Sequence record: NC_054924.1
Source: Escherichia phage vB_EcoM_Lutter
DNA: 64,000 nucleotides
Strand: one strand, 5' to 3'
How positions within the stretch are numbered: the stretch's first letter is position 1; each line of letters starts with the position of its first letter. Shown here piece after piece: positions 39,214 through 49,663 of this stretch. Position numbers and translations under genes: made by a program. Under the pieces are notes generated by a model. The model saw nothing but the letters and a program-made list of their open reading frames with translations. It was not told the origin of the DNA and did no database searches.

Positions 39214-39237
39214 AGCCCCAACCTTTCGGCTGGGGCT
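39214..39237 (-). terminator. intrinsic terminator at end of tRNA/small-RNA region
   Basis: GCCCCAGCC-GAAA-GGUUGGGGC then UUUUU. Confidence 0.6.
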
Positions 39238-39283
39238 AAGCCTTGCGGCAACCTTGTCGGGGTTCCACCTGCTAAGGCAAGTG

Positions 39284-39548
39284 TTTGTACGAAACGCCGG
39301 GATTCGAACCCGGTTATTAAGCAGTTGACGCTACTCAATATTTTTAAAAGGCCATATCTCGACCATATCCGAACGTTCCGTCAAAAACGCTACTCGGCTT
39401 ACGGCAAAGATATTTCCTCGAATCGATAATTCTGTGCGCCGTTTCTGCTGTGATGTAAGGGGATATTAACAAATCGTAAAGATTTATTAAGACCAGTCCT
39501 TACTCAGGGAACATCAGTCCGACGTCTTGCCGGTAGCGACCCGGCTTC
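39284..39548 (-). ncRNA. candidate structured small RNA(s), tRNA-like 3' module (possible species 1/2 RNA equivalents)
   Basis: Noncoding; canonical T-arm CCGGG-UUCGAAU-CCCGG at 39296-39314 with 7-bp acceptor-like pairing, but no canonical anticodon arm; further stems upstream. Confidence 0.35.
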
Positions 39549-39893
39549 TTATTTTGGCATATCATCAATTTGCTCTCGACGCCGACGCCATAGATTAATC
39601 GCTTCATTGGCACATTCTGCGTTTGGTATATGACGGCAGCAATATAATGATTCGCGTTTCTGGAACCGATGTTGCAACGGAATTTCGTTTAAAAGGTCTT
39701 TACGGTCAAAGTATTCAAAACTAGTTAACCCGGAACGGTTTTTAAGAAACTTCCAATATCCGAATTCATTTTGAAAATAGACATAATCAGCATGCTGATA
39801 CAGCGAATTAATTAACCTATCGGAAATAACAGTGTCATTGTGATTAAAATAGAATGTTAAATCATGAACTACTAAATAAACATTACCTTTCAT
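39549..39893 (-). CDS. hypothetical protein (114 aa) within tRNA region
   Basis: ORF. Confidence 0.4.
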   Translation of the reverse strand: MKGNVYLVVHDLTFYFNHNDTVISDRLINSLYQHADYVYFQNEFGYWKFLKNRSGLTSFEYFDRKDLLNEIPLQHRFQKRESLYCCRHIPNAECANEAINLWRRRREQIDDMPK

Positions 39894-39909
39894 ATTTTCC
39901 TCACTTAAT

Positions 39910-39985
39910 TGGTCGAGGCAGTAGGGATCGAACCTACGACCTAGGACTTAGAAGGTCCTTGCTCTTCCTTCTGAGCTATGCCTCG
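39910..39985 (-). tRNA. tRNA-Arg (anticodon UCU), CCA encoded
   Basis: Hand-folded cloverleaf: acceptor CGAGGCA/UGCCUCG, anticodon loop CUUCUAA, T-loop GGUUCGAUCC. Confidence 0.8.
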
Positions 39986-39989
39986 GATT

Positions 39990-40064
39990 TGGCGGACGTG
40001 ATAGGATTCGAACCTATAACCAATCGCTTAACAGGCGATCGCTCTGCCATTGAGCTACACATCC
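39990..40064 (-). tRNA. tRNA-Asn (anticodon GUU), CCA encoded
   Basis: Acceptor GGAUGUG/CACGUCC, anticodon loop CUGUUAA, T-loop GGUUCGAAUCC. Confidence 0.8.
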
Positions 40065-40068
40065 AAAT

Positions 40069-40155
40069 TGGTGGGGAGTGATGGAGTCGAACCACCCGAG
40101 TCGCAATGACAATGGATTTACAGTCCACACCGCTACCTCTACGGGATAACTCCCC
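40069..40155 (-). tRNA. tRNA-Tyr (anticodon GUA), long variable arm
   Basis: Acceptor GGGGAGU/ACUCCCC, anticodon loop CUGUAAA, 87 nt with extra arm, CCA encoded. Confidence 0.75.
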
Positions 40156-40168
40156 TTAATTCTTAATT

Positions 40169-40243
40169 TGGTGGCCCTGGGTGGAATTGAACCACCATCT
40201 GGCGATTATGAGTCGCTTGCTTGAACCTTCCAGCTACAGGGCC
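40169..40243 (-). tRNA. tRNA with CAU anticodon (Ile2-like; Met not excluded)
   Basis: Acceptor GGCCCUG/CAGGGCC; anticodon stem-loop AGCGACUCAUAAUCGCC resembles lysidine-type tRNA-Ile. Confidence 0.75.
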
Positions 40244-40251
40244 AAATTTTC

Positions 40252-40737
40252 TTATTTTATGTAGTATTTATTTAAAAACTTTCTAGCTTGAGTATGGCTA
40301 ACATTTATAGCGTTTGCATAATTTTTAATAAAACCTCGTTCATCCATATTAAAATTTTCTAATATTTTTAATCGTCTAGTTATCTCATCTTGGCTTAAGG
40401 TACTTGCATTATTTTTAGAAATTTTTTCTAAAGACTGCACTGAGTGTTTTCGACCATTAAAATTAAAATTTTTAGATTTTGGAGGAAATCTATCATTTAG
40501 TCTCGCATCTTTTGTATTTTGATTATTAGTTGCGCAATATATGTTATTTAATGAGTATGGTCCTTTATCACCAAAACGACACATACAGTATTCATGACCC
40601 TTTCTTCCACGCTTATCATAATTTCCCGTTGATTTCCACCAATTCAACCACTCATCAAAAGTTAAATTCCATTCAATGTTTCTACGTATAGCAGAATTCC
40701 GCTGAGAAATATATTTTGCATAATCTTCTTTCATCAC
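40252..40737 (-). CDS. HNH homing endonuclease inserted within the tRNA cluster
   Basis: 161 aa; GHEYCMCRFGDKGPYSLNNIYCATNNQN HNH-type motif. Confidence 0.55.
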   Translation of the reverse strand: MMKEDYAKYISQRNSAIRRNIEWNLTFDEWLNWWKSTGNYDKRGRKGHEYCMCRFGDKGPYSLNNIYCATNNQNTKDARLNDRFPPKSKNFNFNGRKHSVQSLEKISKNNASTLSQDEITRRLKILENFNMDERGFIKNYANAINVSHTQARKFLNKYYIK

Positions 40738-40781
40738 AAATTTCTCTACTTATTACATACACTAAGCTAAATCAGCAAAAC

Positions 40782-40871
40782 TGGCGGAGGCGATAGGATT
40801 TGAACCTATGAGTCGCCGGAGCGACTGCCGGTTTTCAAGACCGGTGCATTAAACCACTCTGCCACGCCTCC
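40782..40871 (-). tRNA. tRNA-Ser (anticodon UGA), long variable arm
   Basis: Acceptor GGAGGCG/CGCCUCC, anticodon loop CUUGAAA, CCA encoded. Confidence 0.8.
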
Positions 40872-40873
40872 AG

Positions 40874-40947
40874 TCTCCGCGGCAGGATTTGAACCTGCGA
40901 CATTCTGCTCCCAAAGCAGACGCTCTACCAAACTGAGCTACACGGAG
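40874..40947 (-). tRNA. tRNA-Pro (anticodon UGG)
   Basis: Acceptor CUCCGUG/CGCGGAG, anticodon loop UUUGGGA, T-loop GGUUCAAAUCC; no encoded CCA. Confidence 0.8.
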
Positions 40948-40957
40948 TAAATTAAAT

Positions 40958-41031
<74 letters not shown>

Positions 41032-41036
41032 AAATT

Positions 41037-41123
41037 TGGTGCGAGAAGTGGGACTCGAACCCACAAGGAAATCATTCCGCAGCATTTTAAGTGCTGTGCC
41101 TTTACCAATTTGACCATTCTCGC
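41037..41123 (-). tRNA. tRNA-Leu (anticodon UAA), long variable arm
   Basis: Acceptor GCGAGAA/UUCUCGC, anticodon loop CUUAAAA, CCA encoded. Confidence 0.85.
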
Positions 41124-41129
41124 GCTATA

Positions 41130-41762
41130 TTATTTATTACGTGAAAAAGACTGTTCTATCAATTCTGGACACTTTCGTTCTATCCATTTTCTAGCTTTTT
41201 GTGGGCTTATACCTATTATTTTAGCAGCTTTACTAACCCATCCAAATTTAGAATAATCGATTTTAACTAATTCTTCGTAAATTTCATCAGTTAAAATCTT
41301 TTCATTAATATTTACCAGTAAATGATATAATTTATTATCATTAGCAATTTTAATGAATCTTTTATAGTTTCCGCCTTTACTTAAACCTAATGAAGTAATT
41401 GCAGATGATATAGTAGCCGAATTTAATAGTGCGTTTAAAATTTCTTCATCACTAACATTATAACGCTTTTTATTATTTTTAATATTTTTACCAGCAAAAG
41501 TATCAGTTTGCGAATGGCAGTTTGGACATAATAATCTTAAATTTGATTTAAGATGATTTTTGTTATTTCCATCAATATGGTCTAATTGCAGAACAATATG
41601 CTTATTTTGCCATTTTGAAATTTTACAAATTGCACACTCATATGGAAAAATATTTTCTTTTATTATTTTGTCTTTCAGCTTTCCTGTACTAAAATTTGGA
41701 TGTTTTCCTTCAAAAATTTCAGCTAATTTAGTATCCATAATATGATTCCCAATTATTAACAA
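41130..41762 (-). CDS. HNH homing endonuclease at head of tRNA cluster
   Basis: 210 aa; CAIC...LQLDHIDGNNKNH...LLCPNCH HNH/zinc motif. Confidence 0.65.
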   Translation of the reverse strand: MLIIGNHIMDTKLAEIFEGKHPNFSTGKLKDKIIKENIFPYECAICKISKWQNKHIVLQLDHIDGNNKNHLKSNLRLLCPNCHSQTDTFAGKNIKNNKKRYNVSDEEILNALLNSATISSAITSLGLSKGGNYKRFIKIANDNKLYHLLVNINEKILTDEIYEELVKIDYSKFGWVSKAAKIIGISPQKARKWIERKCPELIEQSFSRNK

Positions 41763-41848
41763 AGGCTCTCAAACAAGAACCCTTGATGATAGAGGGTATT
41801 AATCAGTGCGGTATGAGTTAATAATAACAAATAATTCTTAAAGCATAT

Positions 41849-42142
41849 TTACCATTTATGATAATACATATTTACGATGCATTCAAGACCCAAAGGATTC
41901 TTGAAAATATCATATTCAAGAGGACCTTTTTCTGTTTCAATAAAGAAATCAAAATTTACTGTATTAAATTTACGGTCTTCCTTTACTAATTTAACTTGTG
42001 AAGATGAACGGTCAATGTAAACCTTTTCAACTTCAAAATATGTTAAAATGCCATAATCATCAATCAAGGCTTTAGCCGCGTCTTGATCATATTTATATCC
42101 ATTTTCAATGGACGATACTTTCGCATAAAGAATCATTATCAA
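41849..42142 (-). CDS. hypothetical protein (97 aa)
   Basis: ORF. Confidence 0.5.
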   Translation of the reverse strand: MIMILYAKVSSIENGYKYDQDAAKALIDDYGILTYFEVEKVYIDRSSSQVKLVKEDRKFNTVNFDFFIETEKGPLEYDIFKNPLGLECIVNMYYHKW

Positions 42143-42531
42143 CCTTCATCAACAATAGTATGCGTATTGGCATTTACAATTTGCCACCAATCAAAGCGAT
42201 TAGAACCATAATCTGGTTTGTTTTCATTTTCTTTGATAATGTCACGGAGTTCATCTTCAGTGGCGGCTTTCGCGATTAAATCAGCATATCCACCACGAGG
42301 ATAATAATTATCACCTGCAAAAAGTAAAAAGTTTGGTTTAATGTTATTGAACTCTTCAAGAGTAATAACTGTTCCTGATGGTAGTTGAACAATCTCTACA
42401 TATTTATATCCCAATTTTTGAGCAGCATCTACTGCTTCAAGCAAAGTATCATGAGCCCATCCAATTTGACAACCTGGCTTTTCAGATGGATTAGCCTGAT
42501 AATCCGCATACACTTTATACATTCTATTCAC
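42139..42531 (-). CDS. hypothetical protein (130 aa)
   Basis: ORF. Confidence 0.5.
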   Translation of the reverse strand: MNRMYKVYADYQANPSEKPGCQIGWAHDTLLEAVDAAQKLGYKYVEIVQLPSGTVITLEEFNNIKPNFLLFAGDNYYPRGGYADLIAKAATEDELRDIIKENENKPDYGSNRFDWWQIVNANTHTIVDEG

Positions 42532-42709
42532 CTTTAGAAATTTTATCCATAACGATAGCGATTAAACCAATTAAAAATGCTACTACAAGTGAAAAAACGT
42601 TTTCTGCTGTAGTCAATAATCCGCATATAAATCCAACAAACATTGAAAAACTAAAAGCAGAAGCAGAAATTGCAATAGCAACATTTCGAATTAATTCACA
42701 ACGTTTCAT
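42524..42709 (-). CDS. small membrane protein (61 aa)
   Basis: Two hydrophobic helices; downstream of early promoter 42738-42766. Confidence 0.45.
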   Translation of the reverse strand: MKRCELIRNVAIAISASAFSFSMFVGFICGLLTTAENVFSLVVAFLIGLIAIVMDKISKGE

Positions 42710-42737
42710 TTTATTCTCCTCAGTAGTTGATAGGGTA

Positions 42738-42766
42738 ATAGTATCACAACTAAAACCCTATGTAAA
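42738..42766 (-). promoter_or_regulatory. early promoter
   Basis: TTTACA-17-TACTAT flanked by inverted repeat ATAGGGT/ACCCTAT. Confidence 0.6.
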
Positions 42767-42779
42767 CAACTTTGTGAAA

Positions 42780-43037
42780 TTATTTTAAATCTTCTAATCG
42801 TTTCTTCATCTTAGAACCATTTTTAGCAATTTCTCCTGCATCGGAGCATAACGCTAAAAGTGCTTTAACTTTAGTTTGGTCTCCTTTAAAAGACGAAGGA
42901 TCGACCGCAGCAGCAAGTTCTTTAATACGAGAGAAAAGACGCTCAGCTTCAGCTAAAGCCATTCCAAGCTTTACTTCCATACCGTGAGAAGATTCAGTAA
43001 TAGTAGTTTTTGTAGCAAACTCTTTGAAAGTTTTCAT
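42780..43037 (-). CDS. internal protein (ipI position) with capsid targeting sequence
   Basis: 85 aa; MKTFKEFATK; shares EIAKNGSxMKxRLE with 33828-34124. Confidence 0.6.
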   Translation of the reverse strand: MKTFKEFATKTTITESSHGMEVKLGMALAEAERLFSRIKELAAAVDPSSFKGDQTKVKALLALCSDAGEIAKNGSKMKKRLEDLK

Positions 43038-43066
43038 TTTATTTTCCTAATTAATTTTGATGAGGT

Positions 43067-43095
43067 AATAGTATCACTACCTCATCAGCGTGTAA
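43067..43095 (-). promoter_or_regulatory. early promoter upstream of ipI-like gene
   Basis: TTTACA-17-TACTAT flanked by inverted repeat GATGAGGTA/TACCTCATC. Confidence 0.6.
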
Positions 43096-43109
43096 ACAAC
43101 TTTGTGAAA

Positions 43110-43806
<697 letters not shown>

Positions 43807-43807
<1 letters not shown>

Positions 43808-44520
43808 TATAGTACCTTTAGTGTATTTTTAATTTTAGAAAAAAGTTCTTCAAGAGAACCATCGTTTGTAATTACTAAATCGCCATTACGAATTGGCAAT
43901 CCAGCTTCTGTAATATGAGTATCATTGGATTTTTGACCAGGACGAACTACATGAATTACTGTAGCACCCATCGCCCTAGCCGCATCCATTTCATGATCTT
44001 GACGAGTATCAGGAACGATATAATAATCATAACCTGAGTTAAATTTATCAAGATAATCTAAAGCAAATAATTTTACCCAATACATGCGGTCGAAGTTATT
44101 AACAATCAAATCCGTACCTAGGGCTTGCATCAGACGACGGACTGACCATTGATCTTCAATATTATTTATAACGTCAGCAATCTTGTTAAATGCTACGAAA
44201 TTAACTGCGTCATCAAAAACAAACACACCTTTAATTGGGCTTTTACTATTAAGATAGCAAAATGCTTGTTCCATAATCGTAATTACTTCTAATTTAGTCA
44301 GATTTAAATTAGTTTCACGATCATAGTCAATTCCTTCAAACTCTTTACGAGTTAAACAAGGATAGTCAGTGTTTGCTGCAAATACACCCCATGCATAAGC
44401 CAATGCATCCTTAATAGGACCAGCAAGTTGATATTTAACTGCAGAATAATTATTCATAATAAAATCTGCAGTAGTATCTTTTCCACTACGCTTTACACCA
44501 CTTAAAAAGATTAGTTTCAT
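43807..44520 (-). CDS. 1: deoxynucleoside monophosphate kinase gp1
   Basis: 237 aa; P-loop GVKRSGKDT. Confidence 0.85.
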
Positions 44521-44569
44521 ATGTTTCTCCTCAAATTTAGTTAAGATTATAACACATGAAACTGAAGCA

Positions 44570-45100
44570 TTAAACTTCTGCTATAATTTTTCCATCTTTT
44601 TCTACTTGAAAATACGTATAAGGAATCGTTGCTGTGCATACTAAGGCTGGGTCTGAATCTTCTGTGTAGCTAAATTCTACTTCAGACAGGTCAGAAACCC
44701 AGGGCTTATAAAAATTTATTGACATCACGATTTCAGTTTTACTATTATCTAAAATGTAAAGCGTAATGTATTCAGGACCTGTTTTTTGGGCAGTATTTTC
44801 GCCTGTAAGATAGTTACTAGTTCCTAGCATCCATTCATACATTCCTATCCATGACTTAAGCTCTTCATCAACTATAAATCTCACGATGAGTGGGTCGTAC
44901 TCAAATGTAACACCTGGACGTTGTGCTCGGCCTAGTCCAAACGGCCCAGTCACGGTATCAGTAACAGGTATCCTAATTCCCGGAATAGGAACTGACTGAG
45001 CATTTAAAGTAAAAGCAGATGTAGTATTACTATGCGGTATTGATACTACAAAGTTAGTTGTATTTGCTTGGTTAAAAATTTGTTGTAGTGCTTGCGACAT
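44570..45100 (-). CDS. 3: tail completion / sheath stabiliser gp3; start trimmed to MSQALQQ
   Basis: 176 aa from ATG at 45100; T4 gp3 length. Confidence 0.8.
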   Translation of the reverse strand: MSQALQQIFNQANTTNFVVSIPHSNTTSAFTLNAQSVPIPGIRIPVTDTVTGPFGLGRAQRPGVTFEYDPLIVRFIVDEELKSWIGMYEWMLGTSNYLTGENTAQKTGPEYITLYILDNSKTEIVMSINFYKPWVSDLSEVEFSYTEDSDPALVCTATIPYTYFQVEKDGKIIAEV

Positions 45101-45206
45101 ATATTCCTCATAATGCTTCATAAATGTTGGTGGTATAATGGGTCTAAGTCCCTTCCATTCAATTCCAATTAGAACAAACAATAGAAAAGAATGGAAGATA
45201 ATAGAA

Positions 45207-46031
45207 TTAGATATTTGACCAGACTTTGTTTGCAGAGAAACGTTTTCCTTTTGAAACGAACTGCTGAAGTGGCATTAATACAACGTTCGCCCAGTCTTTC
45301 GGGGCGATTTCAACAAGGCTACCCATAATATTACCGGGTATATATGCCTTAATCATTTGGTCTGCACCCCTAAATCCTTTCACTTGACTCCAATCAATTT
45401 TTAATTTCGTTTTATTAGTAATAGTAGGTGTATTCGAATATTGCTTTAAAAGCTCTTCTAGAAATTGCTGACGAGCTTTAGGTGGAATATAGTGCAAGTT
45501 TAATCCGTACATTAAATTATGCTTACCTAAACCAAGGTAAATTATCAAAGGAAATTTATCCCAGTAAGGAAGAGTTTCCTTATGTTTAGCATCATAAGCA
45601 AAAGCATATATTCGTCCCGGCTGCGGGCGAACAACTTTATGTCCTTTTACTTGCTTAATAGTTTCAGCAAACCACTTTCTGGTTTTATTATTAATTGCTG
45701 CACCTTCATTACGAATTTTATCACGCAATGTTTGCCTGAATGAATTTATCATAAGCAGTTGTCTTTCTTGCTTATTGAGTTTATTCATTGGTTTTGATTC
45801 AAGCTTTTGAATCTTTTCAGCCGTTTTAATTCCTGAAGCATATTTTGACATTGCCGAAGTAAACGTAGAGTATTTGATTCCTCTTTCTTCAGCAAATTGC
45901 TTTCCTGTCATTCCTTTTGCTTTGGCCTTTTTATATTCAAGACCTATCTGAATCCATTTCTTTTCGTTTAATGATTGCTTAACCTTTGGAACTTGGGGAG
46001 TGCTTTCATTAATTATTTGAAAAATAGCCAT
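45207..46031 (-). CDS. 2: DNA end protector gp2
   Basis: 274 aa; T4 gp2 length and position. Confidence 0.85.
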   Translation of the reverse strand: MAIFQIINESTPQVPKVKQSLNEKKWIQIGLEYKKAKAKGMTGKQFAEERGIKYSTFTSAMSKYASGIKTAEKIQKLESKPMNKLNKQERQLLMINSFRQTLRDKIRNEGAAINNKTRKWFAETIKQVKGHKVVRPQPGRIYAFAYDAKHKETLPYWDKFPLIIYLGLGKHNLMYGLNLHYIPPKARQQFLEELLKQYSNTPTITNKTKLKIDWSQVKGFRGADQMIKAYIPGNIMGSLVEIAPKDWANVVLMPLQQFVSKGKRFSANKVWSNI

Positions 46032-46483
46032 TATGCCCCCTTAAAGCCAAGAGCTCGTAATCCATCTTCTGTTAGAATTCTAAATTTTATTCCACGCTTT
46101 TCAGCTAAAGATTGTGCTGCTTTCCATTTGTCGGTATTAACGGAATATGTATAAATTTCATTCATAAATCTTTTCTTCGCTGCAGTTGTTAGATGTGCTG
46201 GTTTAACTGGTGGTTGTGTTTCTTTTTTAGGTTTTATTTCAATAAAAAATTCTTGTCCAGAAGAATCTTTCATCCAAATATCCATGAAGTATCTACGTTT
46301 TTTCCCTTCGGCATTACAAAAATAAGGAATTACTGCTGTTTCACTACCCCATGCAATAATTTCTGGATTTTTATCTAACCATTCAAAAAAGAATTTTTCC
46401 CAATTTGATCTATACGTAATTTTTTTAGGGTCACCTCTATATTTTGATATATTTTTAGGAACCCATTTTCCAGAATATGCCAT
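46031..46483 (-). CDS. 4: head completion protein gp4
   Basis: 150 aa; last minus-strand gene before strand switch. Confidence 0.85.
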   Translation of the reverse strand: MAYSGKWVPKNISKYRGDPKKITYRSNWEKFFFEWLDKNPEIIAWGSETAVIPYFCNAEGKKRRYFMDIWMKDSSGQEFFIEIKPKKETQPPVKPAHLTTAAKKRFMNEIYTYSVNTDKWKAAQSLAEKRGIKFRILTEDGLRALGFKGA

Positions 46484-46494
46484 TGGATTCTCCT

Positions 46495-46502
46495 TATAAA
46501 TA
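46495..46502 (+). promoter_or_regulatory. late promoter for gene 53 operon
   Basis: TATAAATA on plus strand 28 nt upstream of gp53 ATG. Confidence 0.6.
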
Positions 46503-46509
46503 GATAATA

Positions 46510-46517
46510 TATTTATA
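46510..46517 (-). promoter_or_regulatory. late promoter for gene 4/2/3 direction
   Basis: TATAAATA on minus strand upstream of gp4 start at 46483; divergent from the gp53 promoter. Confidence 0.55.
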
Positions 46518-46530
46518 AACAGGAGGGCCC

Positions 46531-47121
46531 ATGCTCTTTACATTTTTTGATCCGATTGAATATGCGGCCAAAACGGTGAATAAAAACGCGCCGACTATTC
46601 CTATGACAGATATTTTTAGAAACTATAAAGACTATTTCAAACGTGCTCTTGCGGGATACCGCTTACGTACTTATTATATTAAAGGTTCACCACGCCCGGA
46701 AGAATTAGCAAATGCTATATATGGAAATCCACAGCTGTATTGGGTTTTATTGATGTGTAATGATAATTATGACCCGTATTATGGATGGATTACTTCACAA
46801 GAAGCTGCTTATCAAGCATCTATACAAAAATACAAAAACGTAGGTGGAGACCAAATAGTATATCATGTGAATGAGAATGGTGAAAAATTTTATAATTTAA
46901 TATCATACGATGATAATCCATATGTTTGGTATGATAAAGGCGATAAAGCTAGAAAATATCCTCAATATGAAGGAGCACTTGCTGCGGTCGATACGTATGA
47001 AGCGGCTGTTCTTGAAAATGAAAAACTTCGTCAAATAAAAATAATAGCAAAATCAGACATTAATTCATTTATGAACGACCTTATACGTATAATGGAGAAA
47101 TCTTATGGAAATGATAAGTAA
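46531..47121 (+). CDS. 53: baseplate wedge protein gp53
   Basis: 196 aa; first gene of plus-strand late operon. Confidence 0.88.
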   Translation: MLFTFFDPIEYAAKTVNKNAPTIPMTDIFRNYKDYFKRALAGYRLRTYYIKGSPRPEELANAIYGNPQLYWVLLMCNDNYDPYYGWITSQEAAYQASIQKYKNVGGDQIVYHVNENGEKFYNLISYDDNPYVWYDKGDKARKYPQYEGALAAVDTYEAAVLENEKLRQIKIIAKSDINSFMNDLIRIMEKSYGNDK

Positions 47122-48832
47122 TAACCTTAATTGGTTTGTTGGTGTTGTTGAAGATAGAATGGACCCATTAAAATTAGGTCGTGTTCGTGTTCGTGTGGTT
47201 GGTCTACATCCACCTCAAAGAGCACAAGGTGATGTAATGGGTATTCCAACTGAAAAATTACCATGGATGTCAGTTATTCAACCTATAACTTCTGCAGCGA
47301 TGTCAGGAATTGGAGGTTCCGTTACTGGACCAGTAGAAGGAACTAGAGTTTATGGTCATTTTTTAGACAAATGGAAAACTAACGGAATTGTCCTTGGCAC
47401 GTATGGTGGAATAGTTCGCGAAAAACCGAATAGACTTGAAGGATTTTCTGACCCAACTGGACAGTATCCTAGACGTTTAGGAAATGATACGAACGTATTA
47501 AACCAAGGCGGAGAAGTAGGATATGATTCGTCTTCTAACATTATCCAAGATAATAACTTAGACACCGCAATAAATCCCGATGATAGACCACTATCAGAGA
47601 TTCCGACCGATGATAATCCAAATATGTCAATGGCTGACATGCTTCGCCGTGATGAAGGATTAAGACTAAAAGTTTATTGGGATACCGAAGGATATCCTAC
47701 AATTGGTATTGGTCATCTTATCATGAAGCAGCCAGTTCGTGATATGGCTCAAATTAATAAAGTTTTATCGAAACAAGTTGGTCGTGAAATTACTGGAAAC
47801 CCAGGTTCTATTACAATGGAAGAAGCGACGACTTTATTTGAGCGTGATTTGGCTGATATGCAACGTGACATTAAATCACATTCTAAAGTAGGACCAGTCT
47901 GGCAAGCTGTCAACCGTTCTCGTCAAATGGCATTAGAAAATATGGCATTTCAGATGGGTGTTGGCGGTGTAGCTAAATTTAACACAATGTTAACTGCTAT
48001 GTTAGCCGGAGATTGGGAAAAAGCATATAAAGCCGGTCGTGATTCATTGTGGTATCAACAAACAAAAGGCCGTGCATCCCGTGTTACCATGATTATTCTT
48101 ACGGGGAATTTGGAATCATATGGTGTTGAAGTGAAAACTCCAGCTAGGTCTTTATCGGCAATGGCTGCGACTGTAGCTAAATCTTCTGACCCTGCTGACC
48201 CTCCTATTCCAAATGACTCGAGAATTTTATTCAAAGAACCAGTTTCTTCATATAAAGGCGAATATCCTTATGTGCATACAATGGAAACTGAAAGTGGACA
48301 TATTCAGGAATTTGATGATACCCCTGGGCAAGAACGATATAGATTAGTTCATCCAACTGGAACTTATGAAGAAGTATCACCATCAGGAAGAAGAACAAGA
48401 AAAACTGTTGATAATTTGTATGATATAACCAACGCTGATGGTAATTTTTTGGTAGCCGGCGATAAAAAGACTAACGTCGGTGGATCAGAAATTTATTACA
48501 ACATGGATAATCGTCTTCACCAAATAGATGGAAGCAATACAATATTTGTCCGTGGCGATGAAACTAAGACAGTTGAAGGTAATGGAACTATCCTAGTCAA
48601 AGGTAATGTTACTATTGTAGTTGAAGGTAATGCTGACATTACAGTTAAAGGGGATGCTACCACTTTAGTTGAAGGAAATCAAACTAACACAGTAAATGGA
48701 AACCTTTCTTGGAAAGTTGCCGGGACAGTTGATTGGGACGTTGGTGGTGATTGGACAGAAAAAATGGCATCTATGAGTTCTATTTCATCTGGTCAATACA
48801 CAATTGATGGATCGAGGATTGACATTGGCTAA
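47105..48832 (+). CDS. 5: baseplate hub / tail lysozyme gp5
   Basis: 575 aa; lysozyme domain MLRRDEGLRLKVYWDTEGYPTIGIGHL; C-terminal VxGxxxxx beta-helix repeats. Confidence 0.95.
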   Translation: MEMISNNLNWFVGVVEDRMDPLKLGRVRVRVVGLHPPQRAQGDVMGIPTEKLPWMSVIQPITSAAMSGIGGSVTGPVEGTRVYGHFLDKWKTNGIVLGTYGGIVREKPNRLEGFSDPTGQYPRRLGNDTNVLNQGGEVGYDSSSNIIQDNNLDTAINPDDRPLSEIPTDDNPNMSMADMLRRDEGLRLKVYWDTEGYPTIGIGHLIMKQPVRDMAQINKVLSKQVGREITGNPGSITMEEATTLFERDLADMQRDIKSHSKVGPVWQAVNRSRQMALENMAFQMGVGGVAKFNTMLTAMLAGDWEKAYKAGRDSLWYQQTKGRASRVTMIILTGNLESYGVEVKTPARSLSAMAATVAKSSDPADPPIPNDSRILFKEPVSSYKGEYPYVHTMETESGHIQEFDDTPGQERYRLVHPTGTYEEVSPSGRRTRKTVDNLYDITNADGNFLVAGDKKTNVGGSEIYYNMDNRLHQIDGSNTIFVRGDETKTVEGNGTILVKGNVTIVVEGNADITVKGDATTLVEGNQTNTVNGNLSWKVAGTVDWDVGGDWTEKMASMSSISSGQYTIDGSRIDIG

Positions 48833-48842
48833 TATACTTCCA

Positions 48843-49361
48843 ATGAGCGCTGATTTAGGAGAATCCATGGAAGGTTCTTCTATCGACGTCACCTTTACCG
48901 CTCAATTAGAAACAGGTGAAACGTTAGTATCTATAAATATAACTAGTTACGAAGAAACTCCTGGGGTTTTAGTAGAAGAAAATCGCTTATACGGAACATA
49001 TGAATCTGTGTTTGGATTTGGAAATGACGCGTTGAAATATCGTTTAGGCGATGAATTTAAAACTGCTGCTTCATGGGAAGAACTTCCTACTGATTCTGAC
49101 ACTCAGTTGTATTTGTGGAAAGCTCCTCAGAATCTCCAGAAGACATTCACTTACGAAGTAACATTAATATATGACTACCAAGAACAAAGTGAATCTGGAG
49201 GTTCTGGCAGTAATTCTAGGTCATCTTCTGATACTACTGAACCAACGGATCCTCCTGCTCCAATAAGAAAAACTCTCGTTAAAAATTATACTAAAACTAT
49301 AGTTGGAAATTGGAGTCGTTGGGCTAATAAATTGAGAAGCTATGTGTATGAGAGGCCATAA
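48843..49361 (+). CDS. 5.1: gp5.1-like hypothetical protein (start set to first ATG after gp5 stop)
   Basis: Track ORF begins with TTG inside gp5. Confidence 0.6.
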
Positions 49362-49655
49362 ATGTCAGGATTAAGTTATGATAAGTGTGTCACTGCTGGC
49401 CATGAAGCGTGGCCTCCAACAGTTGTGAATGCTACACAAAGTAAAGTATTCACTGGAGGAATTGCTGTTCTCGTAGCAGGTGATCCAATTACAGAACATA
49501 CAGAAATTAAAAAGCCATATGAAACACATGGCGGAGTGACACAACCCAGAACTTCTAAGGTATATGTCACTGGAAAGAAAGCTGTTCAAATGGCTGATCC
49601 AATATCATGCGGTGATACTGTGGCTCAGGCATCATCTAAAGTATTCATTAAATAG
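49362..49655 (+). CDS. 5.4: PAAR-repeat spike tip protein gp5.4
   Basis: 97 aa; Cys/His-containing small protein after gp5. Confidence 0.8.
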
Positions 49656-49663
49656 GATTTAAA

